Below are positions 17,483-27,439 of a stretch of 64,000 bases of DNA, in pieces. The notes under the pieces are model-generated. The model saw nothing but the letters and a program-made list of their open reading frames with translations. It was not told the origin of the DNA and made no database searches. Each line of letters starts with the position of its first letter. Position 1 is the stretch's first letter. The translations under genes were made by a program, and so were the position numbers. The stretch lies in sequence record KJ019103.1. One strand, given 5' to 3'.

Positions 17483-18979
17483 ATGGATTTCAACGTAACC
17501 GAAGCTGTCGAGCTAATCGTATTGTTAGCCGAGACAGAACAGCTAACACTACAAGATGCTCTACAGGAGTTCCTATCAGAGACCGAGTTGGACTCTGAAA
17601 CGGCATCCCATCTAAAGGGTGCCCTCTTTGAGAAATATTCACTCAGAGAGATGGCTACTGATGCCGTAACAAACGCTATGATGAAGGTGTTTGTTAGTCG
17701 TCCAGTAGTAGAAGAGGAAGTGGAGACTCCTGATGGTAATCTCTACTTTGTAGAGGTTGAATTAGAGGAGGAAGTTCTAGAAGGTTATCTAACCCTAGAA
17801 GAAATCCAGAATATGAGAGTGGATGCTGATGTTCTATCCGTTAAGTTAGTTGATGAAGGTGTTCGTGACACTGACGCCGAGAAAGGAACAGAGGAAAGAA
17901 AGAAACGCCTTGAGAAGAAGCGTGGAATGAAGTTGGATGACCATCCTCAGTATCTGGAAACAGATATGAAGAAGCGTCAGGAGAATAACGAGAAGGCTCG
18001 TAAGGATATGGATAAAGTGAAGGGTCAGAAGAATCCTCACTTCGAAGAGTATGATATTTCTGAAGGTCGCAAAGAAGGTGAGTCTTCTAAAGATTACGCC
18101 GATAGAATGACTAAGAAGTATTCTGGTGGTAAGTCTAAGTCCTATGATCCCATGAAGGATAAGAACTTCGACCATGACAAGGCAGAAAGAACCCGTGGTT
18201 CTATGGAAGAAGGTCTAGATGCCGTAGGTGGCGAAGACGCTGACATTAATAACGATAATAAGGTTGATAAGACTGATAAGTATCTACACAATCGTCGTAA
18301 GGCTATCGGCAAGGCGATGAAGAAAGAGTCAGCTTGGGCTGAGTATCTAAATCGTAGAGGAATCTCTGAGGAAGTATTCTCTGAAGGTGACCTAATCGAC
18401 GCAGGTCGTAAGAATGAGGGAGAAAGAAGGGGAAAAAAGATTACCGGGGAGGGTGTTGATAACTCCTCCTCTGTGAAGTTGATGCCCCGTATCGCTGAAG
18501 CCGCTATCATCACTGAGAAGTCAGAGAGTAAGTCACAACAGCGTCTCTTTGGTATGGTAAGAGCAGCTCAGAAGGGTGAGAAACCCGCCTCTGGTAAGGT
18601 TGCTGAACTAGCTTCTAAGGTTGGTAAGAAAGACGTTCTAGACTTCGCTAAGACAAAACACAAGGGTTTGAAAGAGAACTGTTGTGATAAGTGTGGCACT
18701 CCTGATTGTACTTGTGATGAGAAGCCCAAGTCTAAGAAAAAGAAAGCTAAACTAGATGAAGCAGGGATGCCTATTCTAGAGTATTCTAGAAACAACGCTG
18801 AAGGTCCTACACCTGAAATGATTGATCCTCCAAAGGATGAAGAAGGTAAGAAGGGTGTAAAGAACCCTAAAGGTAAGGCTAAGAGACCTGGTGCAGGTGA
18901 CAGAAGACCTAACGACGGTGGTTCCGAACTACCATTCGATATGGGAACCGTACCCGGTGGCGGCGGTTGTGGTTGCTAA
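17483..18979 (+). CDS. modular, highly charged probable internal head protein
   Basis: Late promoter; short modules (DADINNDNKVDKTDKYLHNRRKAI, SKSQQRLFGMV) separated by EE/G, SE/G, AE/A. Confidence 0.65.
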   Translation: MDFNVTEAVELIVLLAETEQLTLQDALQEFLSETELDSETASHLKGALFEKYSLREMATDAVTNAMMKVFVSRPVVEEEVETPDGNLYFVEVELEEEVLEGYLTLEEIQNMRVDADVLSVKLVDEGVRDTDAEKGTEERKKRLEKKRGMKLDDHPQYLETDMKKRQENNEKARKDMDKVKGQKNPHFEEYDISEGRKEGESSKDYADRMTKKYSGGKSKSYDPMKDKNFDHDKAERTRGSMEEGLDAVGGEDADINNDNKVDKTDKYLHNRRKAIGKAMKKESAWAEYLNRRGISEEVFSEGDLIDAGRKNEGERRGKKITGEGVDNSSSVKLMPRIAEAAIITEKSESKSQQRLFGMVRAAQKGEKPASGKVAELASKVGKKDVLDFAKTKHKGLKENCCDKCGTPDCTCDEKPKSKKKKAKLDEAGMPILEYSRNNAEGPTPEMIDPPKDEEGKKGVKNPKGKAKRPGAGDRRPNDGGSELPFDMGTVPGGGGCGC

Positions 18980-19005
18980 ATAGTGATGTAGTTTTTAGGT
19001 ATAAC

Positions 19006-19182
19006 ATGTCAAAAGTAGTGAGTCTACTCAAGCCAGCACTTCTCTGGTTGCGTGATTCTACCGAAGTGAAGAAGTTAGTAATTGAACTCCTCCAGCGTTA
19101 CGCTGAGAGTACGAAGACTGATGTTGATGATTTACTCGTCGCCACAGTCAGTAAAGCACTCCTCCCCGAAGGAGCTGAGTGA
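19006..19182 (+). CDS. small hypothetical protein
   Basis: ORF track, start adjusted to ATG19006. Confidence 0.65.
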   Translation: MSKVVSLLKPALLWLRDSTEVKKLVIELLQRYAESTKTDVDDLLVATVSKALLPEGAE

Positions 19183-19355
19183 TGGAGTGTTTGTTGGTGT
19201 CCCATACTACGTTTTGGGTACTAACAGGCGCGTTACTTCTTTCTGAAGCTATCGGTGAAACCAAATGGATTAAATCCAATGGAATTTTGTCATTCATCTT
19301 TGAACTTTTAGAGCATCTAGCTCGTATAGTCCGAAAGGTACTATATCAACGTTAA
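19182..19355 (+). CDS. small membrane protein (57 aa)
   Basis: Hand-translated MECLLVSHTTFWVLTGALLLSEAIG..IKSNGIL; coupled start. Confidence 0.6.
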   Translation: MECLLVSHTTFWVLTGALLLSEAIGETKWIKSNGILSFIFELLEHLARIVRKVLYQR

Positions 19356-19388
19356 CCTAGGGGGTATTTAAAACCTTCTAGGTTTTTT
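19356..19388 (+). terminator. intrinsic terminator
   Basis: CCTAGGGGGT/ACCTTCTAGG stem plus T-run. Confidence 0.7.
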
Positions 19389-19434
19389 CTGTATAAATAA
19401 AACTACCGGATATTCACACTAAAGGAATCAACAA

Positions 19435-20241
19435 ATGGCACTCTGGGGAAACAAAGACAATTTACAAGGTCCAACTCCAGTTACTATTGTCGGCACAGCA
19501 ACCTCCGAGTTTTGGACTGCTGCCGCAACTGGAATTGGCACTATCGCAACAGGAACAACCATCGTATTAGGTGATGGTGGTTCGGCAGGTTTTGCAGTCA
19601 TCGAAGCAAGTTTAGGGGCAGACCTAGTAAAGGTTAACCATCTATCAGCACTTGCTGGAGCTAACGCGGCTGTATATTCACTACAACCTACCTCACTCAA
19701 GAACGATCCTGGTTATGCTCCTACTTCAGCCGATGGCTCACTAGGACGTACTCAAAGACCAGTTGGTTTGAGTTCCGCAAACATGACAGCATCAGCTGGT
19801 ACAGTATGGGAAGCTGATCACAGTGGTTGGGTTGGAGTTACAACCTACATGGATAACTCAGCAACACCTCCAGTGATGCGTGTTAAGAAGGAAGTTCTAG
19901 TCGCTATGTCTGGTATTCAGACCGGTGGACGTGAGTATCCTGGTATGTTCAGTAACGCAGCTGCCGCAGTTGTTATTGGTGCAGCATCCGTAAGTGGTTC
20001 TGCCACACCTGTAGCACTCACACCATCAGCATATACAGTATCTACTGCTTCAGCAACTGCTGGTGACCTAACCTATGTTTGGTCTACTAACGATGGTTCT
20101 GCTACAATTACTGGTGGCACTACAACTACCGCTAACATTGGATTCAGTACAGCTGGTAGCTACAACGTTACTTGTACAGTTTCTTCTGCAACTGCCTCTG
20201 ATTCACCATCAGCAGACACACTTGCAGTAGTCGCTAGCTGA
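19435..20241 (+). CDS. virion structural protein with C-terminal PKD/Ig-like domain
   Basis: Late promoter; MALWG start; A/S/T-rich; LTYVWS...GSYNVTCTVS. Confidence 0.7.
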   Translation: MALWGNKDNLQGPTPVTIVGTATSEFWTAAATGIGTIATGTTIVLGDGGSAGFAVIEASLGADLVKVNHLSALAGANAAVYSLQPTSLKNDPGYAPTSADGSLGRTQRPVGLSSANMTASAGTVWEADHSGWVGVTTYMDNSATPPVMRVKKEVLVAMSGIQTGGREYPGMFSNAAAAVVIGAASVSGSATPVALTPSAYTVSTASATAGDLTYVWSTNDGSATITGGTTTTANIGFSTAGSYNVTCTVSSATASDSPSADTLAVVAS

Positions 20242-20257
20242 TAACCAAGAGTAAGAG

Positions 20258-20641
20258 ATGAGATTTGACGAACTAAATGATGATAATTATCTCTTGTTTG
20301 CTATCAAGTTTTACGAGAATCCTCACGCGGTAACCCGTGATGATTTTGAGGATGATCTTAAGAAGATTAAGTATGTTAAACGTCTATTGAGACGTTATAG
20401 GAATATGGGTGTGTTAAAAACACACCTCATACTTAATCACTTGATAGTATTATTTAATGTATTTGGGGATGCTGCCGTCCCTCTCCTGTTCTATAACATA
20501 GAAAAGGATCTATGGCCAGCACTAAAGGGGTTTCTTGTGTTTATGCACAAACTTCCTGAGTTTCCTAGGACACTTATGGATGAAGTTCCCCTAGACGAAT
20601 ATTGCCTAGAACAACTGGAGAACATAGATGAGTCATCCTAA
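20258..20641 (+). CDS. conserved T4-like hypothetical protein
   Basis: FDELNDDNYLLFAIKFYENP...LILNHLIVLFNVFG; typical position upstream of primase. Confidence 0.85.
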   Translation: MRFDELNDDNYLLFAIKFYENPHAVTRDDFEDDLKKIKYVKRLLRRYRNMGVLKTHLILNHLIVLFNVFGDAAVPLLFYNIEKDLWPALKGFLVFMHKLPEFPRTLMDEVPLDEYCLEQLENIDESS

Positions 20642-20813
20642 ACTAGATATTCTAATAGAAGCCTTCAGGAGACTGAGGGAAGATGCAGGAATGACTGTTG
20701 GTGGTGGTAACATCGCCGGTATGCCTCCAGAAGATACTGATCCCCCTGTGGATCTAAAGAAGAAAAAGAAGAAGGTATTATCTACCTTCCGTAGAAGTTT
20801 ACCCAACCAATAG
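20628..20813 (+). CDS. small hypothetical protein
   Basis: ORF track. Confidence 0.65.
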   Translation: MSHPKLDILIEAFRRLREDAGMTVGGGNIAGMPPEDTDPPVDLKKKKKKVLSTFRRSLPNQ

Positions 20814-20820
20814 GAAATTT

Positions 20821-21207
20821 ATGTTCCAGAGGAATGACAATGTGAAATTGGCAGTCCTTGAGGAGAAACTAAGCACAGCAACTGATGTTATCTCCAAACT
20901 CGATGAGAATATCGAGCAACTTAGTCATCTTAGTGTCAATGTCAGCAAGATGCTAGCTGTCCACGAGGAAAAGCTAGAGGTTTCTAGGGAAGTTTCTCTG
21001 GAAACTGAAAAGGAATTAGGAGAACTATCGGATAGATTAGACGAAAAGTATAATTGTCTATCCAGAAGACTCTCTGTTTTGGAACGCAGAGTCTGGATGG
21101 CTGCAGGTGCCTTTGCTATTATAGGTATCTGTCTCCAAATTGGTATTATAGAGGGTGTTTCATTATCCCAAAAGTCTGTTATAATGGAGGTGTCCCAGAC
21201 TGAGTGA
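20821..21207 (+). CDS. coiled-coil protein with C-terminal TM helix
   Basis: Heptad-like body then VWMAAGAFAIIGICL. Confidence 0.75.
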   Translation: MFQRNDNVKLAVLEEKLSTATDVISKLDENIEQLSHLSVNVSKMLAVHEEKLEVSREVSLETEKELGELSDRLDEKYNCLSRRLSVLERRVWMAAGAFAIIGICLQIGIIEGVSLSQKSVIMEVSQTE

Positions 21208-21214
21208 ATACTGA

Positions 21215-22195
21215 ATGGATTTTGTTGATTCCAAGTTCATAAGTCTAGTATCCTCTCGCTTAGAGAAGTTCAAACAGAAGAAGTCTGACCTGTATAACTG
21301 CAGGTGTCCCATTTGTGGAGACTCTTCTAGGAACCGAACTAAAGCGAGGGGATATATTTATGCAGTGAAACAAAATACAAACTACAAATGCCACAACTGT
21401 GGTGTGAGTATGTCATTCTCCAACTTTATAAAGGAGATAGATCCAGTATTACATAAGCAGTATGTTTTTGAGAAGTTCAAGGGGAAGAACTCTACGCCCA
21501 TCAAGAACACTAAGTCAGTTCTGGATAAGTTCTCCTATGAACCTAAGTTCAAGAAGAAGACAAAGATTGATTTGCCCTCCGCCTTTGATGTAAAACTATC
21601 TAAGGAGTATCTGGATAACAGAAAGATTACCTCTGGGGAGTTTTATTACACAGATAACTTCAAAGAGTTTGTGAATGTAATCAAACCAAGGACGTTTGAT
21701 GACGAACGTGGGGGACCTAGAATTGTAATTCCCCTGTATGACAGGGATGGTGTATTGTTTGGGTTACAGGGAAGATCTCTTCTCCCCAGTAAGGTTAAAT
21801 ACATCACAATCATCCTTGATGAAGACCAACCAAAAGTGTATGGTTTGGAGAAGATAGACCCCACACAGAGGGTTTATCTAGTGGAGGGTCCTTTCGATTC
21901 CACATTCATAAATAACTCACTCGCTATGTGTGGTGCTGATGTAGTATTAGATACACTGGGACTACAAGAACTAGTATATGTGTACGATAACGAACCTCGT
22001 AACAGGGAGATCTGCAATAGGATCAATAAAGTTATCGATCAGGGTAAGAAGGTTGTTATTTTCCCCACAAATATAGAACAAAAGGACATCAATGATATGA
22101 TCTTAGCAGGGCATGATATAATGACTGTATTGGGATCCAATGTCTACCAAGGACTAACTGCTAAAATTAAGTATAACGAATGGAAAAGATTATGA
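21215..22195 (+). CDS. 61: DNA primase gp61
   Basis: CPICGDS...CHNC zinc finger; Toprim VEGPFDS, VYDNEPRN, KDINDM. Confidence 0.96.
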   Translation: MDFVDSKFISLVSSRLEKFKQKKSDLYNCRCPICGDSSRNRTKARGYIYAVKQNTNYKCHNCGVSMSFSNFIKEIDPVLHKQYVFEKFKGKNSTPIKNTKSVLDKFSYEPKFKKKTKIDLPSAFDVKLSKEYLDNRKITSGEFYYTDNFKEFVNVIKPRTFDDERGGPRIVIPLYDRDGVLFGLQGRSLLPSKVKYITIILDEDQPKVYGLEKIDPTQRVYLVEGPFDSTFINNSLAMCGADVVLDTLGLQELVYVYDNEPRNREICNRINKVIDQGKKVVIFPTNIEQKDINDMILAGHDIMTVLGSNVYQGLTAKIKYNEWKRL

Positions 22196-24492
22196 ATTCT
22201 GTGATCAGTGTTGTTAAGAGGTCTGGTGACAAGGAAGTACTTGACATTAACAAACTTCACGTAATGGTTGAGGCTGCTTGTGACGATCTATCTGGAGTCT
22301 CTGCCTCACAGGTAGAGATGAACTCAAATATTCAGTTCTATGATGGAATTACAACTGATGCAATTCAGGAAATTCTTATTAAGAGTGCTTCTGATTTGAT
22401 TGATCTTGATCACCCAAACTATCAGTATGTTGCTGCTAGGTTGTTGTTGTTTGCTGTACGCAAACAGGTTTATGATCGTATGCATGAACTACCTGATGTT
22501 AAGTCGCACGTCAGAAAGTGTGTAGACGCAGGTGTTTATGATGCCGAAATCTTTGATCTCTATAGTGACGAAGAGTTTGCTGAGTTTGATAGTATTATCA
22601 ACCACGACAGGGATTATATCTTCACCTTTGCTGGTCTCCGTCAGGTGGTGGATAAGTATTTGGTTCAGGATAGAACCAACAATAAGGTATATGAAACACC
22701 CCAGTTCATGTATCTCCTTATCGCCGCTACTATCTTCTCTCAGTATTCTAGAGAGACACGAATGTCCTATGTGAAACGTTACTATGACGCAATCTCAAAG
22801 CACCGCATCAATATTCCAACGCCTATTATGGCAGGCGTTAGAACGCCCCTTAGGCAGTTCGCTAGCTGCGTTCTTATTGATTCCGACGACAGTCTCGATT
22901 CTATCTTTAGTTCTGATATGGCTATTGGCAGATATGTTGCGCAAAGAGCTGGAATCGGGATCAACGCTGGTAGAATCCGTGGACTCAACAGTAAGATCCG
23001 TGGTGGAGAGGTCAGTCATACAGGGGTAATTCCTTTCCTTAAGAAGTTTGAAACTACCGTTAGGTGTTGTACCCAGAACGGTATCAGGGGAGGTTCGGCA
23101 ACAGTTCACTTCCCTATCTGGCACCAAGAGATCGAAGATATCATGGTGTTGAAGAATAACAAGGGTACAGAAGACAACCGAGTGAGGAAACTTGACTACT
23201 CAATCCAACTATCAAAGATTTTCTACGAGCGTTTCATCCAGAATGGAGAGATTAGCTTGTTCTCACCGCATGACGTACCAGGTTTGTATGATGCTTTTGG
23301 TACTGATGACTTTGACACTCTATATCGGATGCATGAACTCAATGATGCTGTTCCAAGAACGACACACAAAGCACAAGAGTTAATCATGGATCTCTTGAAG
23401 GAGAGATCTGAGACTGGTCGTATCTACTTAATGAATATCGATCACTGTAACTCTCACTCTTCCTTCCTGGATAAGGTGGAGATGTCCAACCTCTGTCAGG
23501 AGATTACACTACCTACAAGACCCCTAAACCACATTGACGATACAGAAGGTGAGATTGCTCTCTGTATCCTCTCTGCGTTGAACGTAGGTAAGTTACGCAA
23601 CCTAGAAGAGATGGAGGAGCTATGTGACTTGGCAATTCGTGGTTTAGATGAACTCATTGACTTCCAAAACTACCCCATCAAGGCAGCTGAAATTGCTACT
23701 AAGAATCGTAGGTCTCTAGGTATTGGTTATATTGGGTTGGCACACTACCTAGCGAAACATAGAGTTGGGTATAATGATCAGGAAGCATTCCAATTGGTTC
23801 ATGATCTAACTGAACACTTCCAGTACTATCTAATCAAGGCAACAACTAATCTCGCCAAAGAGAAGGGAGCTTGTGGTTGGTCTGATCGTACTAAGTACAG
23901 TCAGGGTATTCTACCCATTGACACATACAAGAGTGATGTGGATGAGATCGTTCCTAACGTTCTCACACTAGACTGGGAAGCCCTACGAGCCGATTGTCTG
24001 AAGTATGGAGTCCGTAACTCCACTCTATCCGCACAGATGCCCTCTGAGTCCTCCTCAGTCGTCTGTAACGCCACTAATGGTATCGAACCACCCAGAGGGT
24101 TCCTATCGGTGAAGAAGTCCAAGAAGGGAACCCTGAAACAGATTGTTCCTTCCTATCCATACCTCAAGCAGTTCTACACTCTCCTATGGGAAATGGGTAG
24201 TAACGAGGGATACATCAAGATTGTGGCTGTGATGCAGAAGTTCTTTGACCAGGCTATCTCTGGGAACTGGTCTTACAACCCTAAGGACTACCCAAATAAT
24301 GAGGTTCCAATGAGTGAGATGGTCAAAGATTGGCTCACTACATATAAGTACGGTTGGAAGACTTCTTACTACCAAAACACATATGATATGTCCACCGATA
24401 CTGGGGAATCTGACACCAAAGAAGAACTAGAAACATTACTGTCACAGATCGAACTCCTCGAAGATGACGACTGTGACAGTTGTAAAATCTAA
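22192..24492 (+). CDS. nrdA: class Ia ribonucleotide reductase alpha subunit
   Basis: ATP cone, PTPIMAG, QFASCVL, SNLCQEI, C-terminal CDSC; uninterrupted. Confidence 0.97.
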   Translation: MNSVISVVKRSGDKEVLDINKLHVMVEAACDDLSGVSASQVEMNSNIQFYDGITTDAIQEILIKSASDLIDLDHPNYQYVAARLLLFAVRKQVYDRMHELPDVKSHVRKCVDAGVYDAEIFDLYSDEEFAEFDSIINHDRDYIFTFAGLRQVVDKYLVQDRTNNKVYETPQFMYLLIAATIFSQYSRETRMSYVKRYYDAISKHRINIPTPIMAGVRTPLRQFASCVLIDSDDSLDSIFSSDMAIGRYVAQRAGIGINAGRIRGLNSKIRGGEVSHTGVIPFLKKFETTVRCCTQNGIRGGSATVHFPIWHQEIEDIMVLKNNKGTEDNRVRKLDYSIQLSKIFYERFIQNGEISLFSPHDVPGLYDAFGTDDFDTLYRMHELNDAVPRTTHKAQELIMDLLKERSETGRIYLMNIDHCNSHSSFLDKVEMSNLCQEITLPTRPLNHIDDTEGEIALCILSALNVGKLRNLEEMEELCDLAIRGLDELIDFQNYPIKAAEIATKNRRSLGIGYIGLAHYLAKHRVGYNDQEAFQLVHDLTEHFQYYLIKATTNLAKEKGACGWSDRTKYSQGILPIDTYKSDVDEIVPNVLTLDWEALRADCLKYGVRNSTLSAQMPSESSSVVCNATNGIEPPRGFLSVKKSKKGTLKQIVPSYPYLKQFYTLLWEMGSNEGYIKIVAVMQKFFDQAISGNWSYNPKDYPNNEVPMSEMVKDWLTTYKYGWKTSYYQNTYDMSTDTGESDTKEELETLLSQIELLEDDDCDSCKI

Positions 24493-24549
24493 TTCATAAC
24501 GTGATATAATAGGATCACTACTTAAACCATAAACTAACTCTCACCAACT

Positions 24550-25716
24550 ATGAAGTTTCTAACAAATACAGGAAATATTGAAGGAATGACCGTGTTTAAT
24601 CAGAATGAAGTTGATGCTAAGACCCAACCAATGTTTTTTGGTAAGCCTCTGGGGATACAACGTTATGATACCTTCAAGTATCCTATCTTTGAGAAGCTAA
24701 CTCAACAACAACTAGGATACTTCTGGAAGCCAGAGGAGATCTCTCTTCAGAAAGATAGGTCTGACTATCAGAAGTTGCGTCCAGAACAGAAACACATCTT
24801 TACTTCTAACCTAAAGTATCAGATTCTTTTGGATTCTGTACAAGGTCGTGGTCCTGGTATGGCTTTTGCTCCCTATTGTTCTCTCCCAGAACTAGAGGGT
24901 TGTCTAAAGGCTTGGGAGTTTATGGAGATGATTCATAGTAGATCTTATACTCATATCATCAAGAACCTATACCCAGATCCTTCTGAAGTATTTGATACTA
25001 TTCTGACAGATGAAAAGATCCTTGAGCGAGCAAAGACGGTTACAGCGGCTTATAACGAATTCATTAATGCCGCTCACGAATACGACAACGGCAACACATG
25101 GCAACACGCAAATGAAGACGTACCTGCGGCTCTTATCAACCGTTATGACCTTAAGCGTAAGCTTTACCGTGCTATGGCTAACGTTAATATCCTAGAGGGT
25201 ATTCGTTTCTATGTTTCCTTTGCATGTTCTTTCGCCTTTGGTGAGTTGAAGCAGATGGAGGCATCAGCCAAGATCATTTCACTCATTGCCCGTGACGAAT
25301 CACAACACCTAGTTATCAGTCAGAACATTCTGAAGAACTGGAGGAATGGTGATGATCCTGATATGATCAAGATTGCTGAGGAACAGAAGCCTTGGTTGAT
25401 TGAAACCTTTAAGTTGGCAGTGGATCAGGAGAAAGCCTGGGCGGAATACCTCTTTAAAGATGGTTCTATGATTGGTTTGAACGAGAAACTACTAGGAAAC
25501 TATGTTGAGTGGATTGCTAACCGTCGTATGAAGGCTGTTGGTCTAGAACCCATCTACGATATCGCAGCTAAGAACAACCCCCTCCCCTGGACAGAACACT
25601 GGTTGAACTCCAAGAGTGTTCAGGTTGCTCCTCAGGAGACTGAGATTACCTCCTACATCGTTGGTAATGTGAACCAGGATGTGAAATCAGATCAGTTTGC
25701 TAACTTCTCCCTATAA
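24550..25716 (+). CDS. nrdB: ribonucleotide reductase beta subunit
   Basis: FWKPEEI, EMIHSRSY, LEGIRFY, RDESQH, APQETEI. Confidence 0.97.
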   Translation: MKFLTNTGNIEGMTVFNQNEVDAKTQPMFFGKPLGIQRYDTFKYPIFEKLTQQQLGYFWKPEEISLQKDRSDYQKLRPEQKHIFTSNLKYQILLDSVQGRGPGMAFAPYCSLPELEGCLKAWEFMEMIHSRSYTHIIKNLYPDPSEVFDTILTDEKILERAKTVTAAYNEFINAAHEYDNGNTWQHANEDVPAALINRYDLKRKLYRAMANVNILEGIRFYVSFACSFAFGELKQMEASAKIISLIARDESQHLVISQNILKNWRNGDDPDMIKIAEEQKPWLIETFKLAVDQEKAWAEYLFKDGSMIGLNEKLLGNYVEWIANRRMKAVGLEPIYDIAAKNNPLPWTEHWLNSKSVQVAPQETEITSYIVGNVNQDVKSDQFANFSL

Positions 25717-25721
25717 TTTGA

Positions 25722-26363
25722 ATGGAACTATATTATGAAAAGTTAGATAAGAATCTCTATGTATTAGATGATTTCTTTACTATGGATGAATTCATGCCGT
25801 TACATGATGAACTACACGGCATGTACCATACTTTTTTGAGAAAGAGGGAGAGATATATGGGTGGTGAAAACCCATATTGGTTTGCACTCAGTAAGAATGA
25901 TACTCCAAATTCATCACCAAATAACGGACTCGGGGAAAATATGGTTTTCCTCGATAGAGCCACAAAGATAAGATGGGCAATAAACAAAATACTGAGACCT
26001 GATTTCTCCTTTTACCTGAAGAGAATCAATACTAACCTGCAATGGAAGTTTCAGGATTCATCTTTTCATTTAGATTCGTATAGTAATGAACTAGACGAGA
26101 AATACTGGGGTTGGACTTTCCTCGCCTGCACCCAAACGGATTGGGATTATGAGTGGGGAGGTGAGTTTGTGTGTCAGGTTGCAGACAGAACCTACAAAAA
26201 CATCTCATACTCACCAAATAGGTGTATACTATTCAATGGGGATTGTTCCCATAGGGGAGCTGCCCCCAATATCTTTGCACGGGATGTTAGAACTACCGTA
26301 GCTTGGACATTTGTATCTGTGGACGCACATATAACCCCCGATGCAACTAGCTATATTCCCTAG
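25722..26363 (+). CDS. 2OG-Fe(II) oxygenase
   Basis: FHLD...WDYEWGGEF...NRCILFNG...HRG. Confidence 0.85.
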   Translation: MELYYEKLDKNLYVLDDFFTMDEFMPLHDELHGMYHTFLRKRERYMGGENPYWFALSKNDTPNSSPNNGLGENMVFLDRATKIRWAINKILRPDFSFYLKRINTNLQWKFQDSSFHLDSYSNELDEKYWGWTFLACTQTDWDYEWGGEFVCQVADRTYKNISYSPNRCILFNGDCSHRGAAPNIFARDVRTTVAWTFVSVDAHITPDATSYIP

Positions 26364-26410
26364 ATAGTCACGTCACATGATAGAATGACGTATATCACGA
26401 GGAGGATGTC

Positions 26411-26626
26411 ATGTCGAGTGAACCATTTCTTGAATGGATGGTGAAGCCGCCCATTTCAGATGAAGAGTTGATGTTGATTTGCCTAAAGAATGCCCCGTGT
26501 GGTACGAATAGGAAGCAAGCAATGAAATTGATCAGAGTGTTGGAAGTAAAGTTGGCGGAACCTACGGGATTTGCTAATATATTTCCACAACCCAAACCAG
26601 GTGGGGAGTCTGATTATGCTGGGTAA
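26411..26626 (+). CDS. hypothetical protein
   Basis: ORF track; GAGG SD. Confidence 0.7.
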   Translation: MSSEPFLEWMVKPPISDEELMLICLKNAPCGTNRKQAMKLIRVLEVKLAEPTGFANIFPQPKPGGESDYAG

Positions 26627-26744
26627 TGTTTTACTTTGGATATCAATTCCCTTTGTAGTTGCTACCATATTCTTTGGTATCTACAGAGGTGAAAATTATT
26701 ATTATGAGAGTAGTGACTATGATGGAAATGGAACATCGCATTAA
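26616..26744 (+). CDS. ndhP: NDH-1L small subunit NdhP homologue (42 aa)
   Basis: MLGNVLLWISIPFVVATIFFGIYRGENYYYESSDYDGNGTSH: single TM plus FFG...Y..D.Y.GNG.xH tail characteristic of NdhP; not in ORF track. Confidence 0.8.
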   Translation: MLGNVLLWISIPFVVATIFFGIYRGENYYYESSDYDGNGTSH

Positions 26745-26745
26745 G

Positions 26746-26937
26746 ATGCGTTACGAATTCGCTATGAGTTCGTTCGCTAGAATGTACGGAGTGAGAGCTG
26801 TTTCTGGATCAGGGCACCATGTCAAATTCTGCAAAAGGTGGGCAGATACTAGTGTTGAGGAAGCTCCTAATGGAACTCTAACTGAAGTTGATTTCTACTT
26901 CAGGGATTTGTGGGACATTTGGGGGGAGTATATATAA
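26746..26937 (+). CDS. hypothetical protein
   Basis: ORF track, start adjusted. Confidence 0.65.
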   Translation: MRYEFAMSSFARMYGVRAVSGSGHHVKFCKRWADTSVEEAPNGTLTEVDFYFRDLWDIWGEYI

Positions 26938-27020
26938 TGAGAACATATATTCCAGCGTTTTTCATACTAACCTTTGTGATAGTATTTGTTACTTGGGGAT
27001 TGAATAACGCCTACCCATAA
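26937..27020 (+). CDS. 27-aa membrane peptide (..VTWGLNNAYP)
   Basis: Hand-translated; coupled start. Confidence 0.5.
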   Translation: MRTYIPAFFILTFVIVFVTWGLNNAYP

Positions 27021-27028
27021 AATTACAT

Positions 27029-27172
27029 ATGATTGCTTCGTATAAGAAACTCGAAACGGAAAACTTCATGTTGCGTTTGGAAGTCGAGAGACTACGAATG
27101 GCACTAAAAGAGACCCAAAACGAGTGGTCACACCCAGAGTCTTGTGTTAGAAAACAAAGTCTCTGGAAATAG
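27029..27172 (+). CDS. small hypothetical protein (47 aa)
   Basis: Hand-translated; ends at terminator. Confidence 0.55.
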   Translation: MIASYKKLETENFMLRLEVERLRMALKETQNEWSHPESCVRKQSLWK

Positions 27173-27175
27173 GTT

Positions 27176-27204
27176 AGGGGGGTGGTTGCCACCTCCCTTT
27201 TTTT
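27176..27204 (+). terminator. intrinsic terminator followed directly by GTGCTATAAT promoter
   Basis: GGGGGGTGG/CCACCTCCC plus T7. Confidence 0.8.
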
Positions 27205-27439
27205 GTGCTATAATACCTTTGTGAAGGGAAACAGGGGCTGCTTAGCATCTAAATACTTAATGAGAGGAGTTATCATTTAATATGGCATACAGAGTTTGGC
27301 ATTCACCAATAAAGAGTATTATCCTACAGACCTATGAAGAGGTAGTTGTATACTATGCAATGCAAAGAGCAGCACATAACACTACTCCAGAAGGTTGGGA
27401 AGAAGTTGCTGCATAGATATGGTAGAATGATTATGTTAT

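Noticed and set aside
26616-26744. PsbN
   Set aside because: No DPFEEH motif; the tail matches NdhP.
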